Source: Blepharisma stoltei ATCC 30299 (lineage: Eukaryota > Protista > Ciliophora). From it: 64,000 bases of DNA. Position 1 is the stretch's first letter. The number at the start of each line of letters is the position of its first letter. The stretch covers positions 124,001 through 188,000 of the forward strand of contig CBFDEM010000024.1 in the NCBI GenBank assembly GCA_965603825.1. Direction: 5' to 3'. A program made the translations under genes and the position numbers. The notes under the pieces are model-generated. The model worked only from the letters and a program-made list of their open reading frames with translations. It was not told the DNA's origin and did not search any database. Shown piece after piece: positions 38,429 through 50,958 of this stretch.

Positions 38429-40294
38429 ATGTGCAAGTTATTAAAGTGGCCACTCAGTATAATGCTTAATGGAATGATTATTTCCATTACTAGTGTAATG
38501 TTTTTTTCTAATAAGCTTGATCTGTTTTGTGACCTTTTGAAAACAATTAGAGACGCTCAGAGCCATCACAAGTCCAAGGACATCTGTATTGGCAATATGC
38601 TCTGATTTTACATAAATAGTCAATATTTTAAAAGTGCTTCAGTAACACCACAGCTTCCCAGCATTGACCTAAAATTTGAAGTAGAATTAGATTACGACCA
38701 TACTGACAATGACTCTTATGTAGATACCCTCATCAGTGGCTATGAAAAAGATTTGAAGCAATGCCAAGATGATACCTCACAATTATTTCCTCAACCAAAA
38801 AAAGGGTATGAAAACTACCCAAAGCATTTAAGCGAGAACGATATGATTTTATCAGAACTGAAAAATCTGGAATATCAAGAAGCCCTGAAAAGTTACTTAG
38901 ATTATATAGAAGAAAAATCAAAGACAGAAATAGTTGAAAAGCCACCAACACCTCCTCTCCATGATGACGAATTTTTATGCGACATTTGTGGAGATGGGGA
39001 TTACGAAGACGATGACTTAATAGTCATCTGTTCAATGTGTAATACCGGCGTCCATATGAAATGCTATGGAATTTTAATTGTCCCCGATACTGATTGGTAT
39101 TGTATAGCATGCCAAGAGCGTCCATCCAGCAGAAATGAAATCCGATGTGCATTGTGCCCAAATAAAGGCGGAGTGATAAAGCCCACGCTCCTCTATACTT
39201 CTCCTCAGTCTTCATACCCAAACTACCCCTGAACAGGAGATTCAGAGCAGATTTGGGCTCATATTTTCTGCATTATTCACCTAGAAATCTCCTGCATACA
39301 AGATCAAGACTTAATGTCAGAAATCGATCTTTCAAAAATTGATAAGAACCGATTTCAGCTTAGATGCCAAAAATGCAATACCAAAAATGGGGCCTGTGTA
39401 CAATGTCATCATGGTAGATGCACGTTAGGGTTCCATCCTTATTGTGCCAAAAGCAATTTTATTAGTACAAGAGATAAGACTGGATTTGATGATATGAACT
39501 GTTATTGTGTTAAACACAGGCCACTGAAGCTAAGAAAACATTTGGAAAGCTTAGAAAAGAAGACTGTGGAAGACATATTATATTTGGCAAGAGTTTTTGA
39601 GAAATTTGAAGCTAGAAAAAATAGGCAGCTGTCTGTGAAGAGGAAGAGAGTTGGAGGAGAGTTTTCTTATGATGAAAAAAGTGAGCTTATAAAAATTGTT
39701 GAAGAGAGGCTGAAGAAAGAAGAGAAATCGGGGTTTAAATTTAGCTTTAATATGTCAAATACTCAGAAAAACCTAAGAGGGCAAGTTAAAGTGGTTAGGC
39801 CTTTATTATACACAGCTTTACACCCCCAAATCATTTTATTAGAAAAAATTACTTTGCCTGGCAGGAAATTCCAAGATTGCTATAAATGCTATAACGACTC
39901 TATCTTCCCAGTCCTTAAAGAAGAAATTCAGCTGTTGGGTAAACCCCTAGTAATTTATGAGCCTAATTTAAAAGGAAAAAATAAACTGAAAAAATTCATG
40001 AAACCAATAGGAGGAGCCAAAAGAGGGAGAAAACCGAAACAGGTCGAAATCGGAGACCTCGTTAGCCAAGAGCTTCATTGTGTATGTAGGAAGCCATTTG
40101 TTGAGGCTACACCGAAGAAAAAAAGCGAAACAGATGAAGAATACGAAGAAAGGATAAAAGAGAGCCAAATGATTGCTTGTGACGAGTGTGGAAGTTGATT
40201 TCATAGTGAATGTGTAGGACTGAAGAAGTATGAGGTTCCAGAAACTTTTTATTGTGTGGAGTGCTTGCCGAAAAAAGCGAAAATAGAGAATTAG
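38429..40294 (+). CDS. PHD / PZP (BRPF/JADE/AF10-like) chromatin reader with additional C-terminal PHD
   Basis: CDICGDG...CSMCNTGVHMKCYG, CALCPNKGG, WAHIFC, GACVQC...FHPYC, CVCRKP...MIACDECGSW(TGA)FHSECVG. Start uncertain (38429-38597). Confidence 0.88.
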
Positions 40295-40486
40295 GGATGT
40301 AACTAGTAATATCTTTTTCGAATAAATAATGTAATTTCTTTATTATCAATAAAAAATCGCCTATTTGATTAACATTCTTCAGTTTTGCTAATAAATATCA
40401 TTTCAATATAGATAAATCTGCTGTAAATCCATTGAAATAATGATTTTGTCATTTTCAATCCTCAACACTTCATTATAAAACGTATA

Positions 40487-41974
40487 ATGAAGGACGAAAA
40501 ATTAGTATGAAATGAAAACTCAAATCAGCATTGGCTGATTGGTTATGCTATCACAATTAATTCAGTAATTGGTGCAGGATTATTAAGCATTCCTTGAGGA
40601 TACTATGAAGCAGGATGGTCGCTTGGCATTTTTTCACAAATTTTATCAAGTGCAATTTGTGCTGTGCTAATTTTTCAGCTGCTTCAAGCAATAAGTAGAA
40701 CTGAAGTTTTATGGAATATGAAGGCTAACGGGTACACAATTAACCCAATGTCCATAAGTTCGCTATTTAGAAATCAGAGTAGGGATGATTATTTATTCAA
40801 ACCAGAAAAGATCGACACAGAAAATAACTCTTTTATCGAAGATATCGATATGGAGCCAAAATTAAACGATAGAAAATTTGATTTATGTGAAATGACTCAA
40901 GTTTTACTAGGAAACTTCCATGCCAAACTATTTATGGGAATTTTACTTGTGCAATGCATTGCTATATTAACTGGGTATTGCACTATCTTTGCTTCATCAT
41001 CAGCATCAATTATTCCATTATGGGGAGGCACTTGCAATATCTACGATGACTCAGATCTGAACGAATCATGTAGGTTTAAATATTGGGCATTTTTAGCAAT
41101 TTTTGCCTGCTGTGTGATTTTTTTGACAATAATTGGCATAGTGGAGCAGCTAGCATTTCAAATCACTATGTGTGCTGTGAGAATATTAGTCATCGTGACA
41201 ATAGTTGGAACTTCAATCTATGCCATAGCTTCAGATACAAAACTTGACGACACAGGAAGCAATGATGCAGATCCAGATATTGTAAACCCTTGAAGGCTAG
41301 GTCTCTGCTTTCCAATTATTGTTATGGCTTTATTTTTCCATAATACAATACCTACAACTACACAGCATGTCAGAGATAAGCCAAAAAGCATCCCATTAAT
41401 TGCTTGAACTGTTTTGATAACAACTAGTCTCTTTTATTTATCAATTGGCTTAATTGTGCCTTTTGCAGCAGATGAAGTAGAAAAAATGGTCAGTTTAAAT
41501 TGGACAGATTATTCTGCAGGCGAAGATCCTGATAAGCGATCATGGTGGGCTTATGTTATATCTTATTTTGTCCTTTTACTACCTGCTTTTGATGTTATGT
41601 CAATTTTTCCAATTATTGCAATTAATTGCTCAGATAACCTTATGTCATTAAAGTATGGCCATTTTGGTGATGAAGAAATTAGTAAGAAACATTGAGTTTT
41701 GTATAGATTGGCTGTTGCAATTCCACCTATATTAATTGCACTTTTTGTGTATGATTTAAGCTATATTTCAGAGATTACTGGATCATTAATGTTTTTAAGC
41801 TTAGGGGTATATATTCCACTATTTTGTTTAGTTACAAAAAGATTAGTAGATAGACCGAGCCCATATGATGGCTGGTTCTCTTCTGATAGAAGTGCATGGG
41901 CGATGATTTTGTTTACACTTTATTTATTTATAGCTATTTGGGTGCTGATTTTAATTTATGTTATTACGGAATAG
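40487..41974 (+). CDS. Amino-acid transporter (AAAP/SLC38, TMEM104-like)
   Basis: NSVIGAGLLSIPW(TGA)GYYEAGW, RKFDLCEM, FHNTIP; ~11 TM; one frame via TGA. Confidence 0.88.
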
Positions 41975-42891
41975 ATGAAAATATCTAAATTAATGAGCTT
42001 TAGGTTTTTTAATGATTATAAAAATTGAGGATATTATTATGATAATTGAAATAATTATAATTAGTTGTAAGCAGCATAATTTATAGGAGGAAATTTATTT
42101 TCTCTTTAGTTGATAAAGTGCTGCATATTAATGACGTATAAATCATATCATTTATAGGATTTCTCAGATGTTTAGAATTTTCCAAAAATTCCTTTTGGTC
42201 TTCAATATTAAGAAAAAATTTCTTGAATATATATTTGAATAAGACAATTAATTTTAGTTGTCTTTTATCAATTTTTTCTTTCAGCTGCTTTTTCTCTTTC
42301 AGAAAGTTCTGCTTTGAGCAAAATTTTATCTCATCTCATGTGACTCTTACCTTATTCATAAAACAAATTTTTGTATGTAGCTCATTTATGTTCTAAATAA
42401 AGTCTATTTTAGAACACATTATCCATATTTAAGATTGGCTAAGTCTTATATCAGTAATTAGCCCAGCCAAAAAAATTTCCTCGTTTTTTTAAAGTTTTTG
42501 AACAGCTTTTTAAAATAATGATTAATCTTTATAAATTTAAATCTTTGATTTATAAATAAATTATCTACAACTAAATTGAATTTTTTAGTGAAAGTTTCTC
42601 TATCGATTAAAATCGTCAAATAAAATATGTATTTATTAAGTAACACCCCTTATGAGCTACCTTAAAAATTCTCCAACCAATAGTAAAAATTTTAATTCTT
42701 AAAAATTTTTTGGTTTTCTATTCCTAGCCTAAATTTGAGCTCTCCTTACTAATTTTAGCTTAAAATCCTTAAAAGTCATACTTCGTAACGACAATTTTAT
42801 ATTTTTTATCTCTATATTCCATATTCAGCTATCCGCCCAGCAAAATCAAATATGACAAATGGGTTTCAAAATATTTACATAATAATATCTA

Positions 42892-45063
42892 ATGCAAAAA
42901 TTCATAGTGATTTTAAGCACAATTATTAGCCCAATACTCAGTTTTATTTATCAATCACTAGATGATTATATGACATTAGGTTGGGAAATCAACGGAAACT
43001 ACATAACTTTTAATTTTCTCTGCACTGGAAGCTGATGTGGACTAGGATTGGCCAATACCATGTTTGGGTGTGACATGTACATAGCAATTGGTGGCGGAAA
43101 TGTTACTGTCCCTATTACTATTTTGGACATGTGGTCGGAAAATCATGATACTCCAAAATATGACACAGATTTCTGAACTGGAGAATATAATATCATTAAT
43201 TCCACAGGCTATTTCTATCCTAACGTTATTTTAAAGGATACTGGCAAGACAGTGAATTTTATAAATGCCACTTTTACAAGACTTTTAGACACAGGCGATA
43301 TATGGGACACTGTAATTATCCCAGGCCGAAGTATAAATATCAATTGGGCCTATAGAACTAAAAACAGTGGCAAATTTGATGAGCATAATGGCTATTCCCA
43401 AGGAAAAATTAATTTTGCAAAAAATATTGAGGACGAAACCTTCACATCCTTAAGCAGCGAAAAAACAGGCCTTTCGCTCCATGCATTAGCTATGACGGCG
43501 TTTTGGCTTATTGTAGCTCCTATATCAATTATGGTCGCAAGATATTGCAAGCACCTTCGATGTTGGTATTTCTGCCACCTTATTGGTTTTAGTATAGTAA
43601 TTTTGGGTACTATAATCAGTGCTTCACTTACATATAAAATCCATACAGTTTCTTATATCCAAACAACATCAAAGCCAAGGTACCATTCAAGACTGGGTCT
43701 TATTTTGACGTGTTTAGTTATGGGACAAGGCATTTTAGGCCTCCTCTGTAAAATTCTGCAGATTAAATTTTCTGTTTATGGGATGATTGCTCATGCAAGA
43801 AGAGCTCACAAAGCAGTAGGATATGGAATGCTTATTGTCGGGCTTATAAACTGTGCGTTTGGGTTTGATATTTATAGCAGTTCTGGCGTTTACTTTGCAG
43901 GGCTTGCTATTATGCTAGTGATTATGCTGATATTTGAGCTCAGGCATCAGCTTGCATTTTGGAAGCCTTCATTTTTGTGCTTAAAAACGCTTCCAGATAT
44001 GACGCATCAAGAAGCGATGGAAAAAATCAATAATGAAGGGCTAAAAATAATGTTTTATGAGGATCTTGTAATGAATGTCGGAAAATTTATTACTTCGCAT
44101 CCTGGAGGAGCATTTATGCTTAGAGATACTATAGGCGAAGATGCAGGAAAATATATGATAGGCTGCAGTAATATAAATGGAGACTTAATGCCATATTCTC
44201 ACTCACTCCCTGCTTTTGACTATACAAGAAAGCTTGCAATTGGCAAAATCCCATATCCAGAAGGATATTTACAGATAATCGACGAAGAAGAATCACAGGA
44301 TTGTATGTTTTGGAATGTTTCTTTTCAAGAAAAATTATCTGAAAAAATCAAGCTCATTTCTTTATATTCTCAGCATTTTCGGCTTAGTCAGAGAGCCCAC
44401 AATCCAGCCTGGCTTGGAAAACATTTTAAAATTACTGCAACAATTAATTGCATAGTGATATCACGATACTACAGCGCATTTTTCGCAAATCTCCACAGCT
44501 GGGCTCAGGAACTTGACAACAGTGGGAAATTGGCTAAAAAATACCCTGCTTGTAATGAAGGAAATTTGCAGTTTATTTATAAAACTTATGAGAATGGCCA
44601 GATGTCACAGTTTCTAGATAAAATAGAAGATACTGAAGCTCTCGAAATAAAAGGACCAGTTGGCCCTGGTTTATTATTAAATTCATTTTCTGGCAATTTT
44701 GTCGGTTTCGCTGGCGGCACAGGTCTAGTCCCTTTTTTAGATGTAGCTTACCATCTGTGATTAAACAGAAAAAACCCTCCTGCGATGAAATTCACATTGT
44801 TTGCGTCTTTTCGTAATTTTGATGATTCGTTTTGCATGGATCTACTGGATGCAACTTCAAATGCTTTAGGAGAGAATCGATTTAAGCTAATTCAGGTTAT
44901 TGATAGAAAAGCTAAAGAAATGAACTTGACCGAGCTAGTTAAAAAATATGCAGGAACTAAGCCTGATGCTGCTTGGGTGTGTGGCCCTTCAGGCTACAAT
45001 AATTTTATCAAAAACCTTCTAATTGAAGGAGGCTTAGAAAGAAACAAAATAATAGTGATGTAA
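42892..45063 (+). CDS. DOMON + cytochrome b561 + cytochrome b5 + FAD/NAD(P)-binding reductase fusion, paralog 1 (intronless)
   Basis: Signal peptide; DOMON WCGLGLANTMFGCDM...NWAY...FDEH; b561 His in LHALAM, WYFCH, YHSRLG, AHKAVG; b5 HPGG...HS; RYYS, GQMSQFL, KGPVG, FAGGTGLVPF, VCGP. Confidence 0.9.
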
Positions 45064-45169
45064 ATGGTTTTTAATTCGATTTTTAATAATAATATAAATT
45101 ACAAGATTTTTGGCCAGTACTTTGGCAAGCAATCTTAAAAATTTGGCAATCCGTTGCATAATTTAAAAA

Positions 45170-47365
45170 ATGGCTTTAAAACCTTTTGTGTTGCTCATTT
45201 TCATCGCTGTTACTGTTAGTGAGTGGATATCTCAAGTCCTTGATGACCAAATGACTTTGAAATGGGAAGTAAGCGGCAATAAAATCACTTTCAACTTCTA
45301 TGTAACCTTTACTTAGTGTCCAAACGCCCAATGGTGTGGGATCGGATTTGCCAATACTATGTTCGGGTGTGATATGTTAATCGCAGTTGGAGGTGGAACT
45401 GCACAAGTTCCTATACAGGTATGAGATATGTGGTCAGAAAACCATGATACCCCTTCAATCGACACAGATTTCTGGAGTGGTGTAACCAGTGTGTTCGATG
45501 TCACAGGAACTTTTACGCCGAATAGCCAAAGTTCGCCAAGCAATGGCAGAAATCAAAACTCAGGGACAATAGATGCTACTTTTTCGAGGCTTCTTTATAC
45601 AGGAGATATATGGGATGCTTATATTGACCCAACAAAAAAAATGAATATTAATTGGGCTTATAAAGGTGGTGGCAGTTATGGAAATTTCGATAAGCATAAT
45701 GACTACTCACAAGGGAAAATTAAGTTAGCGGCTTCATCTGCTGATGCTTATTTCAGTTCAGAGTCAAGTGACAAGTCAGAATTTGACACTCATCAAGGTC
45801 TAATGACAATCGCTTGGATTATTACTGCACCAATCGGCATTGTTATTGCAAGGTATCTCAAACATTTCCGCTTCTGGTATTTATTCCACTTACTCTTGCT
45901 TAGCTACTCAGTTCTGTCCACAATTATCAGTGTTTCATTGGTCTACAAAACCCATGAAACATCTTATCTTTCAGCTACAAAAAAAGTCAGATACCATTCA
46001 AGACTAGGATTCGTTCTGACTTGCTTCGTGATCGGGCAGCTATTTATAGGCTTCATCTGCAAGATGCTGCAAATGTTTTCTCATCAATTCGGGATGATTG
46101 CTCAAATTAGAAGGGCCCATAAAGTACTTGGCTACGCAATGCTGACTGTAGGGTTAATGAATAATTCTTATGGGTATGAGATATTTGGCTCTGCTTCATC
46201 TTATTATGTTGGCTTAGCAATCCTATTAGGTGGCTGGCTACTTCTTGAAATAAGACATCAGTTTACTTATAAATGGACATGGCTTTTACTCCAGAGAAAG
46301 CCTAAAGAAATGACCCATAAAGAAGCCATGGAGAAGAAAAAAATGAAAATTATGTTTTATGACGACTTAGTGCTAAATGTCACCCATTTTATTGATTCTC
46401 ATCCTGGAGGAGCATATATGCTGAAAGATTCTATAGGTGAGGATGCTGGGAAATATATGGTAGGTTGTAGCAGTAGTGGTGGAGAGCTAGCTCCTTATGA
46501 GCACTCTAAGCCAGCATTTGACCTTGCGAAGAAACTGGCTATTGGAAGAGTTCCTTATCCTGAAGGGTATTTACAAAAAAAAAATCAAGATGTTTCTCAG
46601 GATGAAATGGTTTGGAATATCAGCCTTCAGAAAAATCTAAACCCAAGCACAAAATTCATATCTTTGCTCTCTTCTCAATTTATCATGTCCCAAGTTCCAG
46701 AGCACTCCTGGTGGCTTGGGAAGCATTTCAAAGTGTCAGCCAAAATCAAAGGAAATACTGTGTCTAGGTATTATAGTGCGTTTTTCGCTAACCTCCACAA
46801 CTGGGCAGATGAACTTGACGGATCAGGAAATCTTTCCAAAAAATATCCAGAGTCCAAAACAGGCAGCTTGAATTTTATTTTTAAAGTTTACGATAAAGGA
46901 GCTGTAACCCAATATATGCATAATTTAGGAGAAAGCGGAGAACTTCACCTAAAAGGACCCTTAGGGCCTGGCTTGATGCTAAATGAATTTTCTGGAGACT
47001 ATCTCGGGTTTGCGGGAGGCACTGGCCTGGTTCCATTTTTGGATGTAGCGAATTACATGTGAATAAATAGGGCCAGCCAGCTACCTTTTACCTTTACTTT
47101 GTTTGTGTCATTCAGGACTAATGATGACGCTTTTTGTGTTGATTTGCTTGAAGGAACTTCACAAGCGTTGGGTGAAAATAAATTCAAGCTAATTAAACTC
47201 ATTGATAAACAAGCCCAGGAGATTAAGCTATCTGATGTAGTTGCGAAATACGTTGGGATGAATCCTGCTGGAGCTTGGGTGTGTGGACCTTCTGGGTATA
47301 ATAAATATATCAAAGATCTGTTGACTGGAGCAGGGATGGAAAGAAATAAAGTTATAGTGATGTAA
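45170..47365 (+). CDS. DOMON + cytochrome b561 + cytochrome b5 + FAD/NAD(P)-binding reductase fusion, paralog 2 (2 exons)
   Basis: Same motif series as paralog 1; 15-nt intron 45302-45316. Confidence 0.9.
45302..45316 (+). other. 15-nt intron GTAACCTTTACTTAG
   Basis: Removal gives FNFY-CPNAQW, colinear with intronless paralog 1 (FNFL-CTGSW). Confidence 0.92.
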
Positions 47366-47514
47366 GCTCCAATAGTTATTAGGTAATCGAAACTTTTTAT
47401 ATAAATAAATTGCCTTGTTCATCATTTATTATAATTAAATAAATTTTAATGTCAATAATCCATTATAAATATCTGACTTCTTCAATTTTTCATTATTTAT
47501 ATCTTTATATATAA

Positions 47515-48450
47515 ATGGGACCTTATTTATCAACCCCTCGTACAGAAAAGCACACCCAGTTTGCTGAAAACTCTCGCCTGCGGTTTGCTTCATCAGATAT
47601 GCAGGGCTGGCGTATGACAATGGAAGATGCCAAAATTGTAAACTTAACCTTTGACACCTCTTCAGAAATATTTGGAGTTTACGATGGTCATGGCGGCTCA
47701 GAAGTTGCTGAATTTGTAACTCGTCACTTATGCCAAGAACTTCTCAATAATCCCAATTACCACCAAGGAAATATAGATATAGCCTTACAAGAAACCTATT
47801 TAAGGCTCGATGAGCTTCAAAACACCCAAGATGGTATAAAAGAGCTTATAAGGATTTCCAAAAAATTGCCTGAAGGCTCCCCAGTCAATCCTGATGAACT
47901 TATAGTTCAAGCAGGCTGCACTGCAGTAACTGCATTAATTAAAGGTAACCAATTATACGTGGCAAATGCTGGAGATTCCCGATGTGTCCTATGCAGAGAT
48001 GGAGTCGCAGTTGATCTTTCTATAGATCATAAGCCTGACCTCCCTGAAGAAAAAAATAGAATTTATAGAGCAGATGGCATGGTGGAGGATGGCAGAGTTA
48101 TGGGAAATTTAAATTTATCTCGGTCAATTGGTGATTTAGAATATAAAACAAATTTAAGTATCCCACAAAGAGAACAGATGATATCAGCTTTTCCTGATGT
48201 AAGAAAAGAAACGTTAGGACCCCGTGATGAGTTTATTGTGCTTGCCTGTGATGGGGTATGGGACATGCTGACTTCTCAACAGTGTGTTAATTTTATTAGG
48301 GAAAGAATTAATGCTAAGCCGCTACAACAGATCATTGAAGAATTATTGGACAGATGCCTTTCACCAAGCGTCGGGGCTAATGCAGGACTAGGATGTGATA
48401 ACATGACTGCAATTATTGTCCAATTTAAACATCCATTAAGTAATCAATAA
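47515..48450 (+). CDS. Protein phosphatase 2C (PPM family)
   Basis: MGPYLSTP, MQGWRMTMEDA, GVYDGHGG, VANAGDSR, DHKP, LACDGVWD, GCDNMT. Confidence 0.97.
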   Translation: MGPYLSTPRTEKHTQFAENSRLRFASSDMQGWRMTMEDAKIVNLTFDTSSEIFGVYDGHGGSEVAEFVTRHLCQELLNNPNYHQGNIDIALQETYLRLDELQNTQDGIKELIRISKKLPEGSPVNPDELIVQAGCTAVTALIKGNQLYVANAGDSRCVLCRDGVAVDLSIDHKPDLPEEKNRIYRADGMVEDGRVMGNLNLSRSIGDLEYKTNLSIPQREQMISAFPDVRKETLGPRDEFIVLACDGVWDMLTSQQCVNFIRERINAKPLQQIIEELLDRCLSPSVGANAGLGCDNMTAIIVQFKHPLSNQ

Positions 48451-48457
48451 TTAAAAA

Positions 48458-49771
48458 ATGCTTATATTGCTCCTAAATTTATTTTTCTGCAAAGCCCAAA
48501 TAGAAATCCCGCTCACCCGCATCCCTTCTTCCATAAAGCTATCTCAGCCTTCAAGTTTCACTATGCTAGCAACCAATATCTCAATTGAGCTTTCTAACAT
48601 TAGAAATGTAACCTTAATTTAGTTTCAATATTTAGGACCAATTTATATAGGAACTCCTCCTCAGGAATTTAAAATGATTTTTGACACAGGCTCTTCAGTG
48701 ATTTTTATATAGTGACTATGAGTCCCAGATGTCTCATTAAAAAATACTAGTGAACGTCAAACTTTTGATCCTGAAAGTTCGTCAACCTTTAAGTCAGGCT
48801 CAAAAGTGTATAAACTTGCTTATGGCAAAGGGGAAGCGCTTGGGAATTTATGCCAAGATACTGTGTCCTTTTCTGATGACTATTCTGTGTCAGCTCTAGA
48901 CCAATATTTTGTCCTTGTAGAAAACGATACTATGTATGAGAATTTTGTCGCAGATGGAATTTTGGTAAAAATTATATAGGGACTCGCCTTTAAAAGGCTT
49001 AGTGATTGGTATGATCCAGTTGTACTGAGCTTAAAAAAGCAGAAAAAAATAGAAAAAGCAGTTTTTGGGGTTTATCTTGGAGATGAAAATGGAGACCAGA
49101 AAATAAGCTCGAATATTATATTGGGAGGGTACGATTTGGCTAAATATGCAAGGGATGAATATATAACGTGAACTAAAGTTTATTCAGACTCAGGATTTTG
49201 GACAGTTAGGCTTACATCTGTAAGTGTAGGAAATGATGAAATAAGCATACGTACATCAGTCTTAGCAATTGTGGATACAGGAACCAGCTTAATTATTGCC
49301 CCTGGTGGAGAAATTACACAGATTAACCGCTTGATTTCTCTCAATAAATATTGTGAAGAGTATGAAGGATATACTGTTTGTGACTGTGGAGATAAGCATA
49401 ATATTGATGAATATCCTGATTTAATTTTAGGCATTGGAGAAATTTATTTATCAATATCTCCCAGAACTTATTTTAAGAAATTTGGAAGTTTTTGCAAATC
49501 ATTGTTAGTAAGCAATGGAAATAAAAATTTCTGGGTACTAGGAGATGTGTTTTTAAGAAACTATTACACAATATTTGATATGGATAATGAAAGAATTGGA
49601 TTTGTGACGTCTATTAATATGCAGATCAAAGAAAAGAAAACGTATTATTTCTTGTTTATTATTGCTGGGATTTTAGTTTTAATAGCGTTGAGTATAGGAG
49701 TTTGGCTGAAAAAGAGGCTTGAAATTAGAAGAAATACAGTTCAAGATGTGATTGATATGCATTTGATATAA
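48458..49771 (+). CDS. Pepsin-family aspartic protease with C-terminal TM anchor, 4 exons
   Basis: Signal peptide; QYLGPIYIGTPPQEF, FDTGSS|W(TGA)LW(TGA)VP, YGKG, DGIL|GLAF, VDTGTS, WVLGDVFLR. Introns 48608-48622, 48698-48712, 48965-48979. Confidence 0.93.
48608..48622 (+). other. 15-nt intron GTAACCTTAATTTAG
   Basis: Phase 0, in-frame TAG, in the aspartic protease. Confidence 0.9.
48698..48712 (+). other. 15-nt intron GTGATTTTTATATAG
   Basis: Splits the catalytic motif DTGSS|WLWV. Confidence 0.93.
48965..48979 (+). other. 15-nt intron GTAAAAATTATATAG
   Basis: Splits the conserved DGIL|GLAF motif. Confidence 0.93.
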
Positions 49772-49818
49772 CAATCAATAATTTAAAAATTATATTATGA
49801 GAAATATAAATTTTCTAA

Positions 49819-50826
49819 TTAAACAGCAACTGCTTCGACTACCCAGTCAGTTTTAGCAGGTCTAATATTTATAACTCTAAGTCCATTTTTTTCGAAAAAT
49901 GGTGCTAATTCTTCTCTTGATCTAACTTTACCATCAGTTATAGCCCACCACCATATGTCAAGGTACCTTTCAAACTTATACTGCTGATGAGCTCTATCCA
50001 TCATGAGGTCTACAAAATATAATTTGTTCCCTTTTTCTAAAGCCCGTCTACAATTTCTTAAAATTGAGTCTAAGGAATGATCATTATATTCTCCAGATAT
50101 GCATTTCATGACAATAGCATCATACCCTTCTGGCACATAATCAATATAATTTCCTGCAGTTACTTTAATTCTATTCGTTAATTTCTTTTCATGAATTTTT
50201 TTCTCAGTAATTTGCCGATACAAGGTTTGGTCATAAATAGTCCCTTGGAAATTCCTATATGTCTCTGCTAAAGAAATAATCAAAGCACCTCCATGAGCCC
50301 CTATTTCCAAAACCTTCCTGGCATTTCTTAAATCAATAGCTTGGCCTACTTCCTCTGATACCTGTAAAACTTTACTAGAAATTCCACTCACAAATTGCTT
50401 TAAATATTGTGGCTTTTGGCTTAAAAAATCTGTAAAAGTTGCATTATAATACACTTCAGGAGCGGTTTGGTCCGACATTAAGCATTGAGAAACAACACTT
50501 AAAAAGTCATATTGCCAAGGTGCTAAGCTTAATCTGACAAAGTCTGCATAAGTATCATCAATAAATCTCTCTGAAATCACATTATTAGAGAATCTTCTTG
50601 ATTGCTCATCATATTCAAAAATCCCTGCAGATTCTAGTGCAAGTAAAACACGTTCAAGCTTATCGCTGATCACTTGAGTTTCCTGGGAAAGATCTTCAGC
50701 TGTTTTTGGGCCTAGTGAAAGTAATTTTGGTATATTAAAATCTAATGCAGAATATAAAAGAGCACCTAATTGAGGACCAAAAAGGATTTTTTGAACTTTT
50801 CTATCTACGTCAGAATGTTGCAGCAT
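49819..50826 (-). CDS. O-methyltransferase-fold protein (dimerisation wHTH + Methyltransf_2), paralog A
   Basis: GPKTAEDLS...LERVLLAL; VLEIGAHGG; AGNYIDYVPEGYDAIVMK; ILRNCRRAL; DGKVRSREE; VVEA. Confidence 0.85.
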   Translation of the reverse strand: MLQHSDVDRKVQKILFGPQLGALLYSALDFNIPKLLSLGPKTAEDLSQETQVISDKLERVLLALESAGIFEYDEQSRRFSNNVISERFIDDTYADFVRLSLAPWQYDFLSVVSQCLMSDQTAPEVYYNATFTDFLSQKPQYLKQFVSGISSKVLQVSEEVGQAIDLRNARKVLEIGAHGGALIISLAETYRNFQGTIYDQTLYRQITEKKIHEKKLTNRIKVTAGNYIDYVPEGYDAIVMKCISGEYNDHSLDSILRNCRRALEKGNKLYFVDLMMDRAHQQYKFERYLDIWWWAITDGKVRSREELAPFFEKNGLRVINIRPAKTDWVVEAVAV

Positions 50827-50958
50827 ATATATTAATTAATATATGCCATTAAATATGGCGATTTTAAACTTTAATATTTAATATAAATATATGAAGTAAT
50901 ATTTATTTTTCAAATAACTAAATTTAATAATTTTCACTTTAATATTTGAGAATTTTAA

